A stretch of DNA of 64,000 bases from Auanema rhodensis (Eukaryota > Animalia > Nematoda): contig OZ059898.1 of the NCBI GenBank assembly GCA_964057225.1, forward strand, positions 2,418,001-2,482,000. The letters are read 5' to 3'. Shown one piece after another: positions 55,809-64,000 of this stretch (the stretch's first letter is position 1; each line of letters starts with the position of its first letter). Both the position numbers and the translations under genes were made by a program. The notes beneath the pieces are model-generated. The model had not been told where the DNA came from, searched no databases, and was given only the letters and a program-made list of their open reading frames with translations.

Positions 55809-58800
55809 CATAACTAATTTTTGTATCAAGCGTTTTTCAATGTAGTATAGTGCATTCGATGCGGATTTTTAAGCTGCGTCGAGCTGTGTTATCAGATTTG
55901 CGCTAGCTTAAAAATGCACCGAGATATCAACTGATATAAGTTCACACTTATATCCTCGATTTTCACCCTGAAGAAATAATTTTTTTGTTGAATAACATTG
56001 TCCATCGTCTTTGCCTTGAAAAATGGAATCTAAAAACATCTACTTTTTGCTAAATTATTTTGAAATTTTTCGAAAAAATTTTTGTCAAAATGTTTTTGGA
56101 AGCAATGTTGAGTGTACATGGAAACTCAACATACACTAATGCATCATTTTTCAAACGATCATAACTAATTTTTGTATTAAGCGTTTCTCAATGTAGCATA
56201 GTGCATTCGATGCGGATTTTCAAGCTGCGTCGATCTGTGTTATCAGATTTGCGCTAGCTTAAAAATGCACCGAGATATCAACTGATATAAGTTCACACAT
56301 ATATATCCGATTTTCACCCTGAAGAATTAATTTTTTCGTTGAATAACATTGTCCATCGTCTTTGCCTTGAAAAAAGGAATCTAAAAACATCTACTTTTTG
56401 CTAAATTATTTTGAAATTTTTCGAAAAAATTTTTGTCAAAATGTTTTTGGAAGCAATGTTGAGTGTACATGGAAACTCAACATACACTAATGCATCATTT
56501 TTCAAACAATCATAACTAATTTTTGTATTAAGCGTTTCTCAATGTAGTATAGTGCATTCGATGCGGATTTTAAAGCTGCGTCGATCTGTGTTATCAGATT
56601 TGCGCTAGCTTAAAAATGCACCGAGATATCAACTGATATAAGTTCACACTTATATCCTCGATTTTCACCCTGAAGAAATAATTTTTTCGTTGAATAACAT
56701 TGTCCATCGTCTTTGCCTTGAAAAAAGGAATCTAAAAACATCTACTTTTTGCTAAATTATTTTGAAATTTTTCGAAAAAATTTTTGTCAAAATGTTTTTG
56801 GAAGCAATGTTGAGTGTACATGGAAACTCAACATACACTAATGCATCATTTTTCAAACGATCATAACTAATTTTTGTATTAAGCGTTTCTCAATGTAGTA
56901 TAGTGCATTCGATCCGGATTTTTAAGATGCGTCGATCTGTGTTATCAGATTTGCGCTAGCTTAAAAATGCACCGAGATATCAACTGATATAAGTTCACAC
57001 TTATATCCTCGATTTTCACCCTGAAGAATTAATTTTTTCGTTGAATAACATTGTCCATCGTCTTTGCCTTGAAAAAAGGAATCTAAAAACATCTACTTTT
57101 TGCTAAATTATTTTGAAATTTTTCGAAAAAATTTTTGTCAAAATGTTTTTGGAAGCAATGTTGAGTGTACATGGAAACTCAACATACACTAATGCATCAT
57201 TTTTCAAACGATCATAACTAATTTTTGTATCAAGCGTTTTTCAATGTAGTATAGTGCATTCGATGCGGATTTTTAAGCTGCGTCGAGCTGTGTTATCAGA
57301 TTTGCGCTAGCTTAAAAATGCACCGAGATATCAACTGATATAAGTTCACACTTATATCCTCGATTTTCACCCTGAAGAAATAATTTTTTTGTTGAATAAC
57401 ATTGTCCATCGTCTTTGCCTTGAAAAATGGAATCTAAAAACATCTACTTTTTGCTAAATTATTTTGAAATTTTTCGAAAAAATTTTTGTCAAAATGTTTT
57501 TGGAAGCAATGTTGAGTGTACATGGAAACTCAACATACACTAATGCATCATTTTTCAAACGATCATAACTAATTTTTGTATTAAGCGTTTCTCAATGTAG
57601 CATAGTGCATTCGATGCGGATTTTCAAGCTGCGTCGATCTGTGTTATCAGATTTGCGCTAGCTTAAAAATGCACCGAGATATCAACTGATATAAGTTCAC
57701 ACATATATATCCGATTTTCACCCTGAAGAATTAATTTTTTCGTTGAATAACATTGTCCATCGTCTTTGCCTTGAAAAAAGGAATCTAAAAACATCTACTT
57801 TTTGCTAAATTATTTTGAAATTTTTCGAAAAAATTTTTGTCAAAATGTTTTTGGAAGCAATGTTGAGTGTACATGGAAACTCAACATACACTAATGCATC
57901 ATTTTTCAAACAATCATAACTAATTTTTGTATTAAGCGTTTCTCAATGTAGTATAGTGCATTCGATGCGGATTTTAAAGCTGCGTCGATCTGTGTTATCA
58001 GATTTGCGCTAGCTTAAAAATGCACCGAGATATCAACTGATATAAGTTCACACTTATATCCTCGATTTTCACCCTGAAGAAATAATTTTTTCGTTGAATA
58101 ACATTGTCCATCGTCTTTGCCTTGAAAAAAGGAATCTAAAAACATCTACTTTTTGCTAAATTATTTTGAAATTTTTCGAAAAAATTTTTGTCAAAATGTT
58201 TTTGGAAGCAATGTTGAGTGTACATGGAAACTCAACATACACTAATGCATCATTTTTCAAACGATCATAACTAATTTTTGTATTAAGCGTTTCTCAATGT
58301 AGTATAGTGCATTCGATGCGGATTTTTAAGCTGCGTCGATCTGTGTTATCAGATTTGCGCTAGCTTAAAAATGCACCGAGATATCAACTGATATAAGTTC
58401 ACACTTATATCCTCGATTTTCACCCTGAAGAATTAATTTTTTCGTTGAATAACATTGTCCATCGTCTTTGCCTTGAAAAATGGAATCTAAAAACATCTAC
58501 TTTTTGCTAAATTATTTTGAAATTTTTCGAAAAAATTTTTGTCAAAATGTTTTTGGAAGCAATGTTGAGTGTACATGGAAACTCAACATACACTAATGCA
58601 TCATTTTTCAAACGATCATAACTAATTTTTGTATCAAGTGTTTCTCAATGTAATATAGTGCATTCGATGCGGATTTTTAAGCTGCGTCGATCTGTGTTAT
58701 CAGATTTGCGCTAGCTTAAAAATGCACCGAGATATCAACTGATATAAGTTCACACATATATATCCGATTTTCACCCTGAAGAATTAATTTTTTCGTTGAA

Positions 58801-61800
58801 TAACATTGTCCATCGTCTTTGCCTTGAAAAAAGGAATCTAAAAACATCTACTTTTTGCTAAATTATTTTGAAATTTTTCGAAAAAATTTTTGTCAAAATG
58901 TTTTTGGAAGCAATGTTGAGTGTACATGGAAACTCAACATACACTAATGCATCATTTTTCAAACAATCATAACTAATTTTTGTATTAAGCGTTTCTCAAT
59001 GTAGTATAGTGCATTCGATGCGGATTTTAAAGCTGCGTCGATCTGTGTTATCAGATTTGCGCTAGCTTAAAAATGCACCGAGATATCAACTGATATAAGT
59101 TCACACTTATATCCTCGATTTTCACCCTGAAGAAATAATTTTTTCGTTGAATAACATTGTCCATCGTCTTTGCCTTGAAAAAAGGAATCTAAAAACATCT
59201 ACTTTTTGCTAAATTATTTTGAAATTTTTCGAAAAAATTTTTGTCAAAATGTTTTTGGAAGCAATGTTGAGTGTACATGGAAACTCAACATACACTAATG
59301 CATCATTTTTCAAACGATCATAACTAATTTTTGTATTAAGCGTTTCTCAATGTAGTATAGTGCATTCGATCCGGATTTTTAAGATGCGTCGATCTGTGTT
59401 ATCAGATTTGCGCTAGCTTAAAAATGCACCGAGATATCAACTGATATAAGTTCACACTTATATCCTCGATTTTCACCCTGAAGAATTAATTTTTTCGTTG
59501 AATAACATTGTCCATCGTCTTTGCCTTGAAAAAAGGAATCTAAAAACATCTACTTTTTGCTAAATTATTTTGAAATTTTTTGAAAAAATTTTTGTCAAAA
59601 TGTTTTTGGAAGCAATGTTGAGTGTACATGGAAACTCAACATACACTAATGCATCATTTTTCAAACGATCATAACTAATTTTTGTATCAAGCGTTTTTCA
59701 ATGTAGTATAGTGCATTCGATGCGGATTTTTAAGCTGCGTCGAGCTGTGTTATCAGATTTGCGCTAGCTTAAAAATGCACCGAGATATCAACTGATATAA
59801 GTTCACACTTATATCCTCGATTTTCACCCTGAAGAAATAATTTTTTTGTTGAATAACATTGTCCATCGTCTTTGCCTTGAAAAATGGAATCTAAAAACAT
59901 CTACTTTTTGCTAAATTATTTTGAAATTTTTCGAAAAAATTTTTGTCAAAATGTTTTTGGAAGCAATGTTGAGTGTACATGGAAACTCAACATACACTAA
60001 TGCATCATTTTTCAAACGATCATAACTAATTTTTGTATTAAGCGTTTCTCAATGTAGCATAGTGCATTCGATGCGGATTTTCAAGCTGCGTCGATCTGTG
60101 TTATCAGATTTGCGCTAGCTTGAAAATGCACCGAGATATCAACTGATATAAGTTCACACATATATATCCGATTTTCACCCTGAAGAATTAATTTTTTCGT
60201 TGAATAACATTGTCCATCGTCTTTGCCTTGAAAAAAGGAATCTAAAAACATCTACTTTTTGCTAAATTATTTTGAAATTTTTCGAAAAAATTTTTGTCAA
60301 AATGTTTTTGGAAGCAATGTTGAGTGTACATGGAAACTCAACATACACTAATGCATCATTTTTCAAACAATCATAACTAATTTTTGTATTAAGCGTTTCT
60401 CAATGTAGTATAGTGCATTCGATGCGGATTTTAAAGCTGCGTCGATCTGTGTTATCAGATTTGCGCTAGCTTAAAAATGCACCGAGATATCAACTGATAT
60501 AAGTTCACACTTATATCCTCGATTTTCACCCTGAAGAAATAATTTTTTCGTTGAATAACATTGTCCATCGTCTTTGCCTTGAAAAAAGGAATCTAAAAAC
60601 ATCTACTTTTTGCTAAATTATTTTGAAATTTTTCGAAAAAATTTTTGTCAAAATGTTTTTGGAAGCAATGTTGAGTGTACATGGAAACTCAACATACACT
60701 AATGCATCATTTTTCAAACGATCATAACTAATTTTTGTATTAAGCGTTTCTCAATGTAGTATAGTGCATTCGATGCGGATTTTTAAGCTGCGTCGATCTG
60801 TGTTATCAGATTTGCGCTAGCTTAAAAATGCACCGAGATATCAACTGATATAAGTTCACACTTATATCCTCGATTTTCACCCTGAAGAATTAATTTTTTC
60901 GTTGAATAACATTGTCCATCGTCTTTGCCTTGAAAAATGGAATCTAAAAACATCTACTTTTTGCTAAATTATTTTGAAATTTTTCGAAAAAATTTTTGTC
61001 AAAATGTTTTTGGAAGCAATGTTGAGTGTACATGGAAACTCAACATACACTAATGCATCATTTTTCAAACGATCATAACTAATTTTTGTATCAAGCGTTT
61101 CTTAATGTAGTATAGTGCATTCGATCCGGATTTTTAAGATGCGTCGATCTGTGTTATCAGATTTGCGCTAGCTTAAAAATGCACCGAGATATCAACTGAT
61201 ATAAGTTCACACTTATATCCTCGATTTTCACCCTGAAGAAATAATTTTTTCGTTGAATAACATTGTCCATCGTCTTTGCCTTGAAAAAAGGAATCTAAAA
61301 ACATCTACTTTTTGCTAAATTATTTTGAAATTTTTTGAAAAAATTTTTGTCAAAATGTTTTTGGAAGCAATGTTGAGTGTACATGGAAACTCAACATACA
61401 CTAATGCATCATTTTTCAAACGATCATAACTAATTTTTGTATCAAGCGTTTCTTAATGTAGTAAAGTGCATTCGATCCGGATTTTTAAGCTGCGTCGATC
61501 TGTGTTATCAGATTTGCGCTAGCTTAAAAATGCACCGAGATATCAACTGATATAAGTTCACACTTATATCCTCGATTTTCACCCTGAAGAAATAATTTTT
61601 TCGTTGAATAACATTGTCCATCGTCTTTGCCTTGAAAAAAGGAATCTTAAAACATCTACTTTTTGCTAAATTATTTTGAAATTTTTCGAAAAAATTTTTG
61701 TCAAAATGTTTTTGGAAGCAATGTTGAGTGTACATGGAAACTCAACATACACTAATGCATCATTTTTCAAACGATCATAACTAATTTTTGTATTAAGCGT

Positions 61801-64000
61801 TTCTCAATGTAGCATAGTGCATTCGATGCGGATTTTCAAGCTGCGTCGATCTGTGTTATCAGATTTGCGCTAGCTTAAAAATGCACCGAGATATCAACTG
61901 ATATAAGTTCACACATATATATCCGATTTTCACCCTGAAGAATTAATTTTTTCGTTGAATAACATTGTCCATCGTCTTTGCCTTGAAAAAAGGAATCTAA
62001 AAACATCTACTTTTTGCTAAATTATTTTGAAATTTTTCGAAAAAATTTTTGTCAAAATGTTTTTGGAAGCAATGTTGAGTGTACATGGAAACTCAACATA
62101 CACTAATGCATCATTTTTCAAACAATCATAACTAATTTTTGTATTAAGCGTTTCTCAATGTAGTATAGTGCATTCGATGCGGATTTTAAAGCTGCGTCGA
62201 TCTGTGTTATCAGATTTGCGCTAGCTTAAAAATGCACCGAGATATCAACTGATATAAGTTCACACTTATATCCTCGATTTTCACCCTGAAGAAATAATTT
62301 TTTCGTTGAATAACATTGTCCATCGTCTTTGCCTTGAAAAAAGGAATCTAAAAACATCTACTTTTTGCTAAATTATTTTGAAATTTTTCGAAAAAATTTT
62401 TGTCAAAATGTTTTTGGAAGCAATGTTGAGTGTACATGGAAACTCAACATACACTAATGCATCATTTTTCAAACGATCATAACTAATTTTTGTATTAAGC
62501 GTTTCTCAATGTAGTATAGTGCATTCGATGCGGATTTTTAAGCTGCGTCGATCTGTGTTATCAGATTTGCGCTAGCTTAAAAATGCACCGAGATATCAAC
62601 TGATATAAGTTCACACTTATATCCTCGATTTTCACCCTGAAGAATTAATTTTTTCGTTGAATAACATTGTCCATCGTCTTTGCCTTGAAAAATGGAATCT
62701 AAAAACATCTACTTTTTGCTAAATTATTTTGAAATTTTTCGAAAAAATTTTTGTCAAAATGTTTTTGGAAGCAATGTTGAGTGTACATGGAAACTCAACA
62801 TACACTAATGCATCATTTTTCAAACGATCATAACTAATTTTTGTATCAAGTGTTTCTCAATGTAATATAGTGCATTCGATGCGGATTTTTAAGCTGCGTC
62901 GATCTGTGTTATCAGATTTGCGCTAGCTTAAAAATGCACCGAGATATCAACTGATATAAGTTCACACATATATATCCGATTTTCACCCTGAAGAATTAAT
63001 TTTTTCGTTGAATAACATTGTCCATCGTCTTTGCCTTGAAAAAAGGAATCTAAAAACATCTACTTTTTGCTAAATTATTTTGAAATTTTTCGAAAAAATT
63101 TTTGTCAAAATGTTTTTGGAAGCAATGTTGAGTGTACATGGAAACTCAACATACACTAATGCATCATTTTTCAAACAATCATAACTAATTTTTGTATTAA
63201 GCGTTTCTCAATGTAGTATAGTGCATTCGATGCGGATTTTAAAGCTGCGTCGATCTGTGTTATCAGATTTGCGCTAGCTTAAAAATGCACCGAGATATCA
63301 ACTGATATAAGTTCACACTTATATCCTCGATTTTCACCCTGAAGAAATAATTTTTTCGTTGAATAACATTGTCCATCGTCTTTGCCTTGAAAAAAGGAAT
63401 CTAAAAACATCTACTTTTTGCTAAATTATTTTGAAATTTTTCGAAAAAATTTTTGTCAAAATGTTTTTGGAAGCAATGTTGAGTGTACATGGAAACTCAA
63501 CATACACTAATGCATCATTTTTCAAACGATCATAACTAATTTTTGTATTAAGCGTTTCTCAATGTAGTATAGTGCATTCGATCCGGATTTTTAAGATGCG
63601 TCGATCTGTGTTATCAGATTTGCGCTAGCTTAAAAATGCACCGAGATATCAACTGATATAAGTTCACACTTATATCCTCGATTTTCACCCTGAAGAATTA
63701 ATTTTTTCGTTGAATAACATTGTCCATCGTCTTTGCCTTGAAAAAAGGAATCTAAAAACATCTACTTTTTGCTAAATTATTTTGAAATTTTTCGAAAAAA
63801 TTTTTGTCAAAATGTTTTTGGAAGCAATGTTGAGTGTACATGGAAACTCAACATACACTAATGCATCATTTTTCAAACGATCATAACTAATTTTTGTATT
63901 AAGCGTTTCTCAATGTAGCATAGTGCATTCGATGCGGATTTTCAAGCTGCGTCGATCTGTGTTATCAGATTTGCGCTAGCTTAAAAATGCACCGAGATAT
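55809..64000. repeat. Distinct satellite sub-domain with 7-mer and 12-mer duplications
   Basis: Diagnostic linked variants catatatatccg (pos147T) and caaacaat (pos349A) occur only here: 56508, 57912, 58965, 60369, 62124, 63177. Confidence 0.85.

Larger units (their letters stand above)
1..64000. repeat. Tandem satellite DNA array, 351-bp AT-rich monomer, ~182.3 head-to-tail copies, extending beyond both window edges
   Basis: The motif ca(t/c)aactaatttttgtat recurs at 1, 352, 703 ... 3511 ... 7021, then 7371, 10881, 14391 ... 63531, 63882, an exact 351-bp period with one -1 shift. Copies differ by only a few substitutions. No unique sequence or inversion seen. Confidence 0.99.

Noticed and set aside
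40448-61735. Six near-identical 75-aa ORFs as a gene family
   Set aside because: The same frame is stopped in about 176 of 182 monomers, the F/K/N-rich composition reflects A/T tracts, and there is no recognisable domain.
1-64000. CRISPR array, or tandem 5S/tRNA/snRNA gene cluster
   Set aside because: No unique spacers or cas genes, and the entire unit repeats. No recognisable 5S, tRNA cloverleaf or snRNA sequence, although a covariance-model search was not possible.
1-64000. Monomer order as a programmed diversity system or code
   Set aside because: The order is explained by ordinary duplication and unequal exchange; no recombinase, reverse transcriptase or expression locus is present.

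Overview
The whole window is one uninterrupted head-to-tail satellite DNA array. The monomer is 351 bp and AT-rich (about 31% GC, hand count of monomer 1), with 182 complete copies plus a 119-bp partial, all in the same orientation. The register shifts only once, by a 1-bp loss at ~7283: monomers start at 1+351k up to 7021, then at 7371+351k. I see no genes, RNA genes, transposon insertions or CRISPR spacers. All seven ORFs in the track are by-products of monomer variants that remove stop codons. I cannot name the satellite family or organism; it looks like a eukaryotic (peri)centromeric or heterochromatic satellite, which is inference. I found no novel gene system. The notable structure is: (i) a monomer built from at least four dyad symmetries; (ii) a ~69-bp stretch with no variants seen, containing one of the hairpins; (iii) several recurrent variants that perfect local palindromes; (iv) about ten monomer haplotypes ordered in short, shifting higher-order duplications (2-12 monomers), plus one 28-kb-distant duplication and regionally restricted variants. 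Variants were read by eye, so a few may be missed. 'pos' means position within a monomer, numbered as in monomer 1 (1-351).
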